64,000 bases of DNA from the human T2T-CHM13v2.0 reference genome, Homo sapiens (GCF_009914755.1 NC_060928.1); one strand, 5' to 3'; shown: positions 41,184-59,109, counted from the stretch's first letter. Notes: a model not told the origin generated them from the sequence alone. Numbers and translations: made by a program.

Positions 41184-41973
41184 AAAAGTATTTTTTCATA
41201 AGCAAGGTTGTAAAGTTAAGGTTCAATACAACACATTTGGTTGTGTAGGAGTGAACATCTGGAAATGTTTAATAAATATAATTTTACTGCATGTTAGAAA
41301 AATATAGCTAATTCTTTTAGAATATTATTTTGAAGAAAATAATAATATACATGGTGTGCAGATATGGCACAATACATGGGGGTGGGCTGAATTTTGGGAA
41401 ACACTGATTTAATATCACATTTATTGTATAGATGAGGGAACTGAGATCCAGAGAAATAAAATGAATTATTCTAAATCATGCAGTTTTAGGATAGTTAATT
41501 AAATTTGAAAGCAAATACCATATCTACCTAGAATAAATAAAAATGACTTTTTTTTGTCAATAATCATTAAGCATTTACTGAAGACTTACAACATGTGTAA
41601 GGTGTTATGATGGATTAAAAAATGCTTCCCAACTCTATTAGTTCAATTGAGGAAAGTTCTTGCTTTAAGGATATTTGAACTAGCAGAGAGCGCCTTTACT
41701 GGGGCCTGGAAACATGTGGGACACTAAAATAGCATTCACGGTCATACAGTGTTCTCTTCTTAATACGCTCTCAATTCAATCTCCTATATACCAAATACTA
41801 TAATATTAAAATTCTAATATTTTTGGCTTTTTGCTCTGAAGTCATTTAATCCTCAATTTCCAGAGTGATCCCTTTGTAATGTTTAGAAATGTCACCTTAT
41901 ATATTTAAAATTATGTATTTTGACAGTGTGGATTCTCTGTTTCGAACAGCAAATTTATAAATTATGAAATTAA

Positions 41974-42324
<351 letters not shown>

Positions 42325-42369
42325 AAAAACCCAATTTTCTTGATTATTACTACAGTTCAGCTATATCAG

Positions 42370-42580
42370 TGCACATCTTATCTACCAGGAAAATGGGTAA
42401 AATGCATCATCTGAGATCTTTATCACCAGAGATTCTGATTCATTAGTTTTTATTTTTACAAAACCCACAGGGAGCAGCAGAACACACAGGGAGGACAGGG
42501 TAGAGACTAAGAATTTATAGTTTTAGCAAGTAGCAAGCTAATTCCAATGTTGGTGGACTGTAAGCCATGCTTTGAGAAAA
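42370..42580. mobile_element. MER5B-like hAT element, diverged
   Basis: 'aaaatgcatc...ccagagattctgattcattagtt...attccaatgttggtggactgtaagccatgctttgagaaaa'. Confidence 0.55.
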
Positions 42581-45500
42581 ATTTAATCATAAGTTATAAA
42601 ATATAGAAGTGAGAAGTAAACATGGTTGAATTGAATTAATCCCTGAAAACATATTGAACTTTATTCAGTGCTATTTTAATTGTATTTTTTAAAGTAAAGG
42701 AGAACATGTTACTTCAACATCTATCAAGAGTGAATTATGGTTTTTATTTGTGTTTTAAAATATCTTGGCTGTGTACATTTATAAGAAACAAAACAAATTT
42801 TTTTAAAAAACTCTCCATTAAAAGAACTTCATGCTAACTCTGGGACCTCAATCTATGTATAGAGTCTCAACAGGAAACTTAAATGACAAGGAAATGAGAA
42901 AAATTTTGCCTTCTTATTCCTTGTTGAATCAAGGCAGAGTCCAAGGTTAGTACACTGCATCTAAGGTAGGAAATTGCTTAAGCAGTTTTCAAAGGTTCAT
43001 TCTGCCTTCAGGCAAGGATTTTCTATTTAAAAGGGATAAGTTTAGCCAGGAGCAAAATATTCCTCATTGTTTTTTCTCTAAAGACAGAAAACTCTCAGTA
43101 ATTTTAACCTCCTTGATTGTATGTGTGGAGCAATATGAAGCTCTGAAGTAACTTTGTAACTGTGCTGAGTCCGTGAAGGAGGTACACTAGTTGAGTAATG
43201 AGGATGAGCGAGGCATCATTTATCAAAATAATCTTCAAAATCTTGCCTTACTTCACACACATTCTTATGTACAAGATAAAGAGAATTAAGTTATCCAGGT
43301 CAGCATCAGCCCAAATATACAGTTTGTTCTTTTGTTCTTCTACAGTCAGCATAACCAGGCTACAATCAGGATACCTCCCATCCTTATCAGAATTTCACAA
43401 AGAAGTTCATTAGTGTGTCCTGTCACTCTGAAAACCATATAGTCCTGCAAAGTGGTTTGTAAGTCCATGTTGATGGATTTATGCCACACCTTTAGGGACA
43501 AAGATCAAGCATCCTTAGCTACTTTATAATTTGGAGAATGACTTAAGATTTCAAGATTGGGGAGGCTTTTTATATTTTACTCTCCTTAAGCTTTTAAATC
43601 CTCTGCTCAGTATATTTACTTCTTCTCAGATAAGTTTTATAGAGTTGGAGACCAGAAAAGAAAAACCGTCTGGTGTTTCATGCTCCCCAGGTATTTCTAA
43701 ACATTTCAATAGCTTTGCTACAAATACTCAATTTGTACCATTCAAAATTAGGACATAAATTCAGAAATCGGAGGATAAAAATAAAGGCAACATGGCAGTT
43801 GTGATTGATATAACTGGGTTAAATTCTTCTACAGAGAAGAGTTTTTCAAGAAGCAGTTAGATATCTACTTTCACAGGTTGATTTAACCAGGATGTCACTT
43901 GAACAAAGAAAAATTCCTTCCCTACATTGTCTGCATTACATTAATTCTCCATTAAAAATGTTTATTATTCAGTGTAGGAGGCGGTTTTACTCAGTCATCT
44001 TTCAAATATCTGCTTCACTCATCTGTTCCAACTGATGGTGATAGTAGTTTAGAAAAAGTATTTTTAAAAAACAAATATTTGAAATCATTTTTATGTAGCC
44101 CAGCAGTACATTTCATCGACTTCAATAAATTTGATCTTATTGTTTGTTTAGAGTAATATTGGTGTCTGTTATTTGTTGATAAGTCTGGCTAGAGGATGGG
44201 GAGAAAAGAGAGAGTACCTGGATGGTAGTTTGAACTTTAAAAGTCTCTATTATTAAGAAGTTCAAGATGATTTTACTTCTGTAGGATATACCGCTTGTTT
44301 AAGATTTCGTGGCTCTTTTCAAAAGCAAAACAGTGACATCTGTTTTATGATGCATATTTGTAAATTTCTTATACTGAATCACACTTTTTTCTTTTTATAT
44401 TCATGTATTCTTTTAGCAAATATTTATTGAATTCTTTATTTGCATGATATATAGTGATAGAAATAATATTCCCTGAGCTCAAAGTTTATCATTTAGAGAG
44501 ATGACATCCATACAAGGAATTAGAGAAGATAGCCTTTATTGAATGTCATAAATGAATAGGAAAATCTCTAGCAAGAGTTCAAATGAGGATGAAATCATGT
44601 AAGACAAAATCCCATTTATACAAACCCGTGAGGCTATCTAAATTCTGTTGGTATACAAAATGTTATTTCACGTTTTGCTGCTCACCAAGCTTTGAGGGAA
44701 ATGGCATCATTTTAAATTAATTACTCTTGATTAGCATAATTATCTGGCTTTCTAGAGCTTTATCTTATTTTGACATCAAACTGTTAAAAGCATATAGAAT
44801 TGTATGTATATTCTATTTTCAATTTCGTTTAATGCAAATGTATATAGACAAAGACTAGAAAAAAGATATAAAATATGGTGATTTTATTTTCAAAACTGTT
44901 AATGATACTATCTTTCTAAGTATATATATTTTTAAAAGTAGGAGGTATGAGGGTATTGATACTTTGCCTCTCCCAATCAGGGAAGACAGAGTAAATACTG
45001 ATGTGACTGACCCTTGTGAAGGTTGACTGACACCAATAAAATGACACCCAAAATAGTACTTCTTCATAGGCATCAGACTGAGAAAGGAAAAAATGAAATA
45101 AAGTAAATAGTACTACATCTGGCACATCTAAGCCCACAATAAACATTAGCCCTAATAAGTGCTAAGCAGTCTTTTCAATGTATAGCCAGGTGGACTAGTA
45201 GCAGTGTATACCCATACAGCTGACTTCAGAGAATTTCAAAGCACCTTTGTTCTGGAAGTGTTATCTTCTGCCAGAGATCCCATATACACTTGCCTGTAAG
45301 GCAAGGGAACCATTGTCATTTTTATTCATAGCTTTATTCCCAGGGCCTAACTTACTATTTAAAACAAAGAGACTTTCAATTATATTTAAACCAACTAATC
45401 AATCATTTATTAATTTAAAAATCTCAGTCACAAAAGGAAAAATAAGCTTTAATCACATTCAAATGTTTCAACACAATGTGCAGGAGAAGTTAAGTAAACA

Positions 45501-46440
45501 TCATGCAATGTTTCTATGTTAATTTGTTCTACCTGGATTAGTGGTGAAACTCCTCATTACGGAAAGTCAAGTATGCAACTGTTCTTTGGCCAAGAGCTTT
45601 TGAATCTCATAGTGCTCCGAATTAATGAATCCAATTGGAATCCAGTAGGTAACTTAGCTTAAATATAAGAATAAAAGAAAATTGTGTATTTATAATTTTT
45701 TTTACCAAACAGAAAGTTCAACACAGTTTTGTATGTATAAAAATCCAAGGAATTTTTTGTCCAGTTTTGGATTCAGAATTTTTTACAGAACTCATGATTC
45801 TAGGATGCAAACAGGAAATCAGGATCTCAAGTCAGGCTAACTCTGCAAACTGTGTTTATTCCCGTTCTGTGATAATGTGACCTTCCCAAAGCAACTCAAG
45901 ATTAAGTAGACAGGTAGGGATGAAAATGAAATATTTTTGGTGGAGCATTTGGAGGAGTATTAAGAACTGCTTGCACTTGATTACCTATTAACAACTGGTC
46001 TTTGAGGGGCTTTATTTTCCTGTAAAGATGATGCAAAAGTTTTTCCTCTTTATCTTAGATGTCTTCAAGAGACAGAATTTAAATCATAAACATTCTAGTC
46101 CATAATATTTTTTTTCTCAGTGAACAAATTTTTTTCCACCTTCTGACTAGATATCAAATACTAAAGCTTAGTTTCGACTTTTCTTGTCACAAAGGAAAAA
46201 TAATGAATGATTATAATTATCTGATTTTAGCTACTGCTGCAGCTGAAGGCAACTGAATTTTGAAATTTTGTCATATAACTGTATATCATAGAAAGTGTTT
46301 GTTTCGTTTCAACATATTTCTAATTCATATTTAAGGATACCAATTAGTATCTATATATTCTAGAGGGATAATAAATATGGCCTTTTCAAAAAAACAAAAA
46401 CAAATAAGAAAAAAACACAACAATTTGGCCACAGAGATCT

Positions 46441-46922
<482 letters not shown>

Positions 46923-48347
46923 TCTTTTTTTCTTTAACAATAAAAATACACTCACTCATTCACCAATTCAATGTTATAGTTCTCAGAGCTCGCCACCTGA
47001 GTTACTCAACCCTAACCAAATTGTCATTTTCCTGGCTTCTTTTCTTTCATGATGCCATCTTCACCTCTTGATTTTACATTTATAACATTTACCTGTCACT
47101 TTCCAATACAGAAGCTAAGTACTTGGCCAATCAAATCCTTCACTGAATACTAGAGGGTTCTCAAGGTGGCCATGTGAGAATTAGTGCAATATAAAGACAA
47201 AAGAAAAAATATTTCGTCTGCTTCCTTTTTTTTCCTGACCCAATAATTGATTTGCATTACAACACAAGTCAAGGTAAAAATTCTATATTTATGATTTTAT
47301 AGTTGTCAATAGATCATATGACAGTATTGTGATTAGAGAAATGGAAGGTTGCAGTGCTTAATAAAACAACCATAATGGCTGCTAAAAACTTTTGTTATAG
47401 TTATTAGGTAGAAAACATTACTTTTTAGGTATTGTTTTTATTAAATAGGAAATGAATGTTGAGAAAAATATTGTCTTTCAAATAATGAGGGGAATGACAG
47501 AATTAATGTGATGTTGAAATGTTTTATGAAATATATGTTTTGATGTGATATCCTAATAGGTGTAGGATCATAAGCAATACACTTTTTAAAAAGTATTATA
47601 CTTTTAAACATATTGTTTTAAAAATAAAATTAGATAAGTGATTTAAATACTGTTACTAAATAGTATGTTAGGAATTAATTTTCTATACCTTTCAATTTTC
47701 ATTATGTGCTGGTAATATTCTTAGGACACATATCATTTAGTAAGGATTAGAGCCAGCTGGGGCAGATTATGGCTCAGGAATAATCCTTAAGGAATGCCCA
47801 GATTCAATTATTCCTACTTAAATGATTTAGTTTGGATGCATTTGGTGGAGTAGAGTTTTATTTTAGAAGAAAGGTGATATTTTTTGTCTTTAGTTCTACT
47901 CTTGAAATAGTCTGCCAGATTGATGGAGCCTCATTTAGGGCTCATCAGAAGCTGTGAACGCTGCAATATGGTTTGATTATAGTGCTAAATATCAAGCAAC
48001 AGAGACAAGAATACCATTTAGCCAGGTGTGGTTTACACATATTTGAATAAAAAATATTTTCCTCAGAACTTAAGATAATTTGTTTTGTACAGAAAGCATA
48101 TTTTACAGATCTTAGGAAGCAAGACTTTTAAGTAATGTAAGACTGTAAATAATTTTAGTAAAATATTTTTGATTAAAGAAACATTACTGAGGCAATACTG
48201 GATAGTCAGTGGCTCTCTCATTTTTTTTTTAATTTCAAATGCCTAGAACTATATTAGGGGTTTTCAGTTAGAAAAACACTCTGTTAATTAAAAATGAGAC
48301 ATTTTATTTACTGTGAAATATTTTAGACCCTTCATCACATTAATATA

Positions 48348-50382
48348 CATGCATACCTCAGAGATACTGTGGCTTCAGTTCCAGACCTCCACAATAAGTG
48401 AATATTGCAATAAAACAAGTCACAAAGATGTTTGGTGTCCCAGTGCATGTGCATATAAAAGTTGTGTTTAAAGTATACTGCAATCTGTTAATTATTCAAT
48501 AGCATATGTCTAAAAAATGTACATATTTTAATTTAAAGTAAAACCTTTGGTGGTTAAAAAATGCTAACAAATAATTTGAGCCTTCAACAAGTACAAATCT
48601 TTTTACTGGTGGAGAGTCTTGCCTCCATGTTGAAGGCTGCTGAGTGGTCACAGTAGTGGTTGCTGAAGGTCGGGGTGGCTGTGGCAATTTCTTATAATAA
48701 GACAACAGTGAAGTTTGCCACATTGATTGACTCTTCCTTTCACAAAAGATTTCTCTTTAGCATGTCATACTGTTTGATAGCATTTAACCACAGTTGAACT
48801 TCCGTAATTACAGTCAGTCCTCTCAAACTCCATCACTGCCTTATCAACTCAATTTATGTAATATTTGAAATCCTCTATTGTCATTTCAACAAGATTTATA
48901 GCATCTTCACTAGGAGTAGATTCCACCTCAAGAAATCATTTTCTTTGCTCATCCATAACAAGTAACTCCTTATCTGTTCAAGTTTTACCATAGTATTACC
49001 ACAACTTAGTCACATCTTCAGGCTCTGCTTCTAATGCTCTTGCTGTTTTTATCACATCCACAGTTATTTTCTCCACTGAAGTCTTGAACTTCTCAAAGTC
49101 ATCCATGAGGGTTGGAATAAACTTCTCCCAAACTCCTTTTAATGTTGATATTTTGACCTCCTTTCATGAACCATGAATGTTCTGAGTGTCATCTAGAATG
49201 GTGAATCCTTTCCACAAGGTTTTCAATTTATTTTCCCAGATTCATCAGAGGAATCACTGTCTATGGTAGCTAGAGCCTTAAGAAATACATTTCTTAAATA
49301 ATGAGACTGAAAGTTGAAATTACTCCTTGATTCATAGCTCGTAGAATGGACGTTGTGTTAGCAGGCATGAAAACAATGTGAGTCTTCTTGAATATCTTTA
49401 GCGGATGTCTTGGGTGACCAGGCGCATTGTCAATGAGCAGTCATAATTTGTAAGTTATACTGTTTTCTGAACACTTGGTTTTGAACAGTGGGTTTAAAAT
49501 ATTCAGTAAACCATGCTATAAATGGATGTGCTGCCATCCAGGCTTTGTTGTTCCATTTATAGAACACATGAAGAATAGGTTAGTATAAATTTACTGGATC
49601 CAGGATTTTCAGAATGGTAAATAAGCATTGACTTCAGCTTAGGGTTGTCAGTTTCATTAGTCCCTAATAAGAGAGTCAACCTCTTCTTTGCAAGTTTGAA
49701 GCCAGGCATTGACTTCTCCTCTTTAGCTATGAAAGTCCTAGATGGCGTGCTTGTCCAGTATAAGGCTGTTATATCTACACTAAAAATCGGTTTAGCCACT
49801 TCATCTATGATCCTAGCTAGACCTCTGGATAATTTACTGCAGCTTCTACATCAGCACCTGCTGCTTCACTTTATACTTTTGTGTCATGGAGATGGCTTCT
49901 TTCCTTAAAACCCATGAAACCATTTTTGTTATCTTCTGACTTTTCTTTTGCAGCTTTCTTACCTCTCTCAGCCTTCATAGAGTTGAAGAGAGTTGGGGTC
50001 TTGCTCTGCATTAGGTTTTGATTTAAGGGAATGTTGTGGCTCGTTTGATCTTCTATCCAGATCACTCAAGCCTTCTCTATATCATCAACAAGAATGTTTG
50101 GTTTTCTTATTATCTGTGGTGTTCACTGGAGTAACACATTTAATAACCTTCAAGAACCTTTCCTCTACAACACAACTTGGCTAACTATTCGGTGCAAGAG
50201 GCCTAGCTTTTGCCCTGTCTTGGCATTCAGCATGCCTTCCTCTTGAGGCTTAATTGTGTCTAGTTTTGATTTTAAAATAAGGGATGTGCAGTTCTTCCTT
50301 TCACTTGAATTCTTAGAGGCCACGGCAGGACTTTTCACTGGCCTAATTTCAATATTGTTTTGCCTCAGGGAATAGGGAGGCC
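48348..50382 (-). mobile_element. Tigger1 (3' ~2 kb; part 1 of a split element)
   Basis: TA followed by the TIR 'catgcatacctcagagatactgtgg'. Transposase debris 'IWIEDQTSHNIPLNQNL' and 'PSRTFIAKEEKSMPGFK..K.RLTLLLGTN...KLKSMLIYHSENP'. Confidence 0.95.
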
Positions 50383-50386
50383 TATT

Positions 50387-51850
50387 GAACATTGAAACTC
50401 TGCCTCTTTCCAGAGTACAACAAGTTAACTCTAGCTACCTGAAGCCTCCTTTAATGTTCACTTGAAGGACTAATGGAATTGAGTGGAAGCTCTTCTCAAT
50501 TAATAATAATGCTATTTAAAAATTTCATGTTGAATCAGAATGTAATGCTTTATGTGAAAAGAATTACTAAGTATGTCCATACAGTGTCAGTTGAGAAATG
50601 TTCTGAGAATGGTACTATCAATGTAGATGATAAGCTGGTGACATTTGGTCTCCCCAAAAAAAAAAAATCGCATCTAAAAGGCAAAGTGTTTTAAATAAAG
50701 GTGTATAGGATTAATTACTGCTGCACAGTGTTACAGAAACAAGCTGAAAAACAGGAACAGATTCTTCTTTCCTCTTAAACAATTCAACCATCAAAATAAA
50801 TTTATTGAAATAAAAAAACTGTTAAAATTTAAGTAAGTTAAACTTGATGGTTTTGCCTCTTGTGTAATCACTAATACGACATCTTCAGTCCTTGTCAGGA
50901 TAGAACTAATGGAGTACAACGTGTTGTAAGGCTGTACTTTTATGAATTAATGATCTGAGGTTTGATGGTAATGTTTCTACTGTCTTTGTAGGTTTGATCT
51001 TCCTTTGCCACTGCTGACAGAGCTAAGCCTGGGGGTGTTCTGGTTGCAACAGCCTTTCCTTATTGTTGTTTGATTTTGAGAACTCCCATGTTATTGATAC
51101 GTGGAGGGAATTGTAAAACTTGTTGTGAATTAAAGCTAAGCCTCAGATTTTTTGTGTCTGGATTTGAAATTAACTCAGCTCTCACTTGTTCACATTGCTA
51201 TAAATATGCTTAGCATTTTTTGTGAGGAATATCTAAAGTGCCAAGAATGAAAAGTGGGCTGCCCTGATGGTACTTTTCATTTCAAAATCAAACATATTCC
51301 TTGCTTTTGTCTGTGATGATTCTGTTGTTTAAAGAACATGTTCTTACCCCCGTTTTTATTGTTTGGGGATTCTTTGTTGTAAGATGACTCTCAGAAATTA
51401 CTTTTTGATTGATAGTCAGTTAAAACTTCTGATCAGAATGAAGTTGTCTTCTTCACCACTTTCAGTTGTAATTCTGGCCAAAAGCAAAGGAACTTTGATT
51501 TACTTAATTTGTGCACTTGGCTAACATGCCGTTTATATTAGACTGTTTGGAAATAGCCCAAGTGGTGGCTGTATTGCTCTTTGTGAACCTGTTATGGGTA
51601 TAGTAACTCTCAAGTAGGAACCAACTGTGTTAAAATGTTAACTTCCACATGGTAATATACTATTTCTTTGTTTTTTAAGAAAATTCAACTGAATTTTAAG
51701 CTAAATGTTCTTAATGCAAGATCAATATCTTGATTCTCATGGTTTTCTTTTATAAATTTTGGTTTATTTTTAATAAATGTGGACTTGCAATTGCAATTAC
51801 AACTTTCAGCCCTTTCTAGTACAAAATAATATAATAATAATAAGCCTCAA
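50387..51850. other. 1,464-bp insertion of non-repeat-like DNA inside Tigger1
   Basis: It separates two collinear, same-strand Tigger1 parts and is flanked by 'gaggcctatt' at 50377-50386 and 51851-51860. Confidence 0.75.
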
Positions 51851-51880
51851 GAGGCCTATTTCCTGAGGCAAAACAATATT

Positions 51881-52219
51881 GGGGAACAGCCAGTGGGTGG
51901 AGCAGCCAGAACCAGCACAACATTTATTAGTCAATTTTGCCATCTTATATAAGCATGGTTTATATAAGCATGGTTTGATATTACAATAGTAATATCAAAG
52001 ATCACTTAGTATAGATCACCACAATAGATATAATCATGAAAATATTTGAAATATTGCGAGAATCACCAAATGTGACACAAAAACAGCAAGAGAGGAGATG
52101 CTGGAAAAATGGGCACAATAGATTTTTAGATGCAGGGTTGCCAAAAACTTTCAGTTAGTAAAAAACACAATAGCCTTGAAGTGCCATAAAATGAAATATA
52201 ATGAAATGAGGTATGCCTC
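51881..52219 (-). mobile_element. Tigger1 (5' ~340 bp; part 2 of the split element)
   Basis: 'ggggaacagccagtgggtggagcag...tttgaaatattgcgagaatcaccaaatgtgacaca...gcagggttgcca...gaggtatgcct' is the reverse complement of the Tigger1 5' end including the TIR. It is homologous to 22522-22865. Confidence 0.92.
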
Positions 52220-52307
52220 TCCCTGTCTCCAAGAAAAATATCCAAGAAAGACCTTTATATTTGACCAGAGAATCTTTAAATTTGAAATATCTTACCTTGC
52301 TATTATT

Positions 52308-52644
52308 ATTATTTTAAATTTAATTTTATTTAATTTAATTTTATTTATTTGTATTTATTTTTTGAGACGGAGTCTCGCTCTTTCGCCCAGGCTGGAGCGC
52401 AGCGGAGCGATTTAGGCTCACTGCAAGCTCTGCCTCCCAGGTTCATGCCATTCTCCTGCCTCAGCCTCCCGAGTAGCTGGGACTACAGGTGCCCGCCACC
52501 ACGTCCGGCTAATTTTTTGTATTTTTAGTAGAGACGGGGTTTCACCGTGTTAGCCAGGATGGCCTTGAAAACCTGACCTCGTGATCCACCCGCCTCGGCC
52601 TCCCAAAGTGCTGGGATTATAGGCGTGAGCCACCACGACTGGCC
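52308..52644 (-). mobile_element. AluY with TSD
   Basis: Y-diagnostic positions. 17-bp TSD 'cttaccttgctattatt' at 52291-52307 and 52645-52661. Confidence 0.96.
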
Positions 52645-54754
52645 CTTACCTTGCTATTATTTTTTGGGGGAAAAAAAAAACTGTTGAAATCACTAATCTA
52701 AATATTATTGCTTCCCTTTTACAATTATCTCCTGTCTTCAATTTCCTTGCTGTGTTTAACATAAATAACTCTACATATGATTTCTGTAAAAGGCCACATA
52801 AACCCACAGTACTGTTAATATGGTGTTTTGTTTTTTTGTTCATATTGTTATCATTATTGCTGGTTCCTTGTGCTATTTCCCATCCTGGAGGTCTACACTC
52901 TCCTGAGAGATGGTAAAGAGAGAAAGCCCAGCAACATAATGTCTGGATGGCTCAGTATCCTTACATAGGACACCCAGAGGGTGCCCCAACTCAGCGTACC
53001 TGATTACTGGGTTTATTTTTGCAGAGCTTGGTGCCTGGTGAGTAGAAAAGCAGACATTAGAAATTTGCATATCTTTGTTTTTGTTTTGTTTTGTTTTTTA
53101 TCAGCTCTGGATTGAAGAAAGTTGGTAGAAGTAGCAGCAGGTCAGAGAAGTTCCTTTTAAGGTTCTGGCCCCAGTACTTATGTGCAGAAATCATTTGTGT
53201 CATGTTCATTGTGTCACTCATTGTGCACCCCTCTCAAGTGCTTTAAAATGTCTTCTCCCTAGTTAGAATCAACTGGATCTTGATTCTGATCTCTGCCTCT
53301 AATTGCATGATGGTTTTCATATCATGGTGTCATCATTAGATAATGGTGCTAGGACCAGGTCTACTGCAAAGTAGAGTAGAGGAAGCACAGTTTTGACAAA
53401 GATCTTTTCTTAATCAGATTTCTCCTGTGTATTTTGGATGCTTTCACTATTGATGAAAAGAGAATATTGGCAAAATATGTTCAAAGTGCCTCCTGTTTTC
53501 TTTACCTTTTTCTCTCTTGCTTTCTTAAAATCTGATTCTGTCCTTAAGTTCTGGCTGAACTGTGCATTTTCAAATTTTCTAACTCATTGTCTTTATTTCT
53601 TTCTGTCCTCTTTTATACCATGTTCTCTCGCTAATAATAGCTTCTCATTTCATGCACACACTGTTTCTATACATCTGTTTCCTAGTGCTTAACACAAAGA
53701 ATAATGCAGAGTAAACCATTTATATATGTTAACTGAATTAATAAATAAATGAGTGTGATAGTATCTATGAAACCTAGAGTTCGAAGGATTATGATGCAGC
53801 CTATATGGTGTATGATGAACCATCTAGCTTAACTTGTTCAAAGAGAGAAGTTTATGAAAAGAATTGTTATTTCATCTTTCTCAACTTTCTGGTACTCAAA
53901 CGATTATATTGTATCTATAGTTTAAAACTGTCATTTATTCTAATTATTAACTCCAGAACACATAATAAATGTACTTATTAGAAATACAACATCTTAGGGT
54001 AGAATAAAGGGCTCAGAAGAGGTTTTTGGGGGGTAGTATTTAATGATTTAAATATTTAGTAAGAAAGTAATTATTTATATAATTATTTGGCTATTCTAGA
54101 AGCCTGTAATCTTTCGAATTTGCCCAGTCAACCAAGCCTGGGGTTTAAATGAATTTTCAACACCTTTCTGCTGACAGTCACACATGTTAAACCTTGATTT
54201 GCTTAAAAGTATTATTAAGGATGAGAATGTAATACTGCCAGTGGTATGTGGTGATATTATTGTGGCGCTGGGGGGATGAAACTAACGTCTTTCAGTAAGT
54301 AAATGTTTAATTTTACACACCATATAATCAGTTGTATTATTGCAAGTGCACAGCAGGTATGTAGAAAAATAGAATGCATATATTTAACATATTAGAAATA
54401 ACTTTATTAATATTCCTATTTCATGTTCTCATGAAATTTTAATCATTTGCATTTTTTAGCTTCAAACATTTTTATAATATGTTTCTCTTGCACCCTTTAT
54501 CTAGTAGCTGACAACCATATAGTGATCCACTTATCAGTTCTTTTTAATGCAAATAAAGCGGACATTTTTTACCTATTAGATCACTTGGAAAGAAAAAAAA
54601 ACTAAAATCAATGTTTCATGCTACATATTATCTGTATATGAGCAGATATACACATTTTACAGGTCAATTTTATTGTATTTTGGTAATTGTCTTTCCTTTA
54701 TCTTCTCTTATTTAGTCTTTAGATTTAAAATTGAAACTGTTGTTGTTGTACTGA

Positions 54755-56992
<2,238 letters not shown>

Positions 56993-57769
56993 AAGCAGAA
57001 GCAATTAATAGTGTTGCAATTAATTTTCAGTTTTAAAAATGTATAAGTACCTGTTATGTGCCAGGCATTGTATTACACACTAAAGATACAAAAGAAATAA
57101 GAATTTAGACATGATCTCCAGATACAAATAGCAGACTAAGCAAAGTAGAAAGAGAAGTCCTGGATGAACCACAAGGTTGTTTATCTGTTCTCTAAATAAG
57201 AAGTGTGAAGTGTTTTGGAAAAGAAAGGGAGAGGTTGCCTTCCTTTTCACTAGTCATCAGGTTGTCACCTAGAGCTGAGCAGCATTTTTTTTTAAGAAAA
57301 TTAGCACATGTACTGGGTGAAAACAGCCTATTTTCTATTTTAATGAGCTAGGTACATAGAAAGGAAGACGTAAAATTTTCCTAAAGTAGAATCAGTATAG
57401 GCTGTAATGTTTTGCAGCCAGAATCTGGGACAGACTTGCCTATCTGAGAATAAATTGTTACATCGGCATCATAAGAGTCATAAGTACTGGGGGTGCAGAG
57501 TACAGAGCCCACTTATTGAGTCACACTTGCACATATAATGATTTTCAGTCTCTGATATATGTAATGCATAAATGGCCATTAAAGTCAGATTTTTCAAGGG
57601 CAGTTCTGTGTCAAATATTCTTTCCTGTTTTCTTAAATATTGCATTAACATATTGAGAGATTCCCATTATTTTACCTTTGAAAGTATGCCTCTTATAATG
57701 TATTTTGCACCCAAAAGTATCTCTAAACAGACACATATTTAATTATATTTGATTATGAAAATGTAATAG

Positions 57770-58214
<445 letters not shown>

Positions 58215-59109
58215 GTGGAAATATATTATGTAAGCTATATTATTATGTGTGAGAATAAAGAATGTATTTTCTCTGAAAATGTGGCAGCTCATTCTTTGTT
58301 CACAGTGCTGGTTAAAGAGATTAGGCCACAAATATTAGCCATCACATTGTTAATGCACTCAAACTGCCAGTTCATGACCCTGAGATTGGAGAAATTAATA
58401 AGAAAAATATAAACATAATTTTAAAAATAACTGATAGAAAATCCACTTGGGAACACATAATTTTTAAAATCTAAAATCATTTAATGATAAAATAGTATGT
58501 GGTCTTGCCAAATGATCTACTCTTCTACTGTGAAAACCATAGATTATTACAGATTTGTAAAGTTGTTGACACTTTAAAATTAATTTTATTTGTTAAAGGA
58601 AACAATTTACTAACATTAAACTGTTTAGCATAAAATAAAACAGCATGCAGCATTTCATTACAGCAAACATGAAATATGAATTCTAAAGAAATAAAATATG
58701 AAAGAAATGCATTCTTTTTATAGCCTGAAAAGACAATATTAATCAAAATAACCAAAATACTTTGAAAATCAATGTTGAATGTGAATGTTTCTGGTTTTCT
58801 TTTTCTTGGACTTGTATTTACTTTTGTCAAGGTAACATAAAGCTACAGTATATATCCTCTGTAACAGTAAAACTCAGAATGTAGATTTTTTTTCTGAGTA
58901 TAGTGCCTACCCTAGTGCTTACCCTACTTATCTTTATACCCCATAGAGTTTAAACCCGTGACTAGCAGAAGTGAGTGCTCACTGATGGAAATTAAAATGA
59001 ATATATGCCTGAATGGATGAATAAATAAAGTTAACCATCTGCTCCTTCTTGTTCGTTCCTTCAGAACTCTTTATTCCATATTGGTTAGATTATCACTTTT
59101 CAACCCAGG

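Noticed and set aside
43198-43500. Moderately GC-balanced stretch that could be a pseudogene or exon fragment
   Set aside because: The frames I translated on both strands gave no recognisable motif and no clear pair of splice sites.
50975-51060. Acceptor-like 'tttctactgtctttgtag|gtttgatc' inside the Tigger1 insert
   Set aside because: I found no convincing paired donor or recognisable reading frame, so it cannot be supported as an exon.
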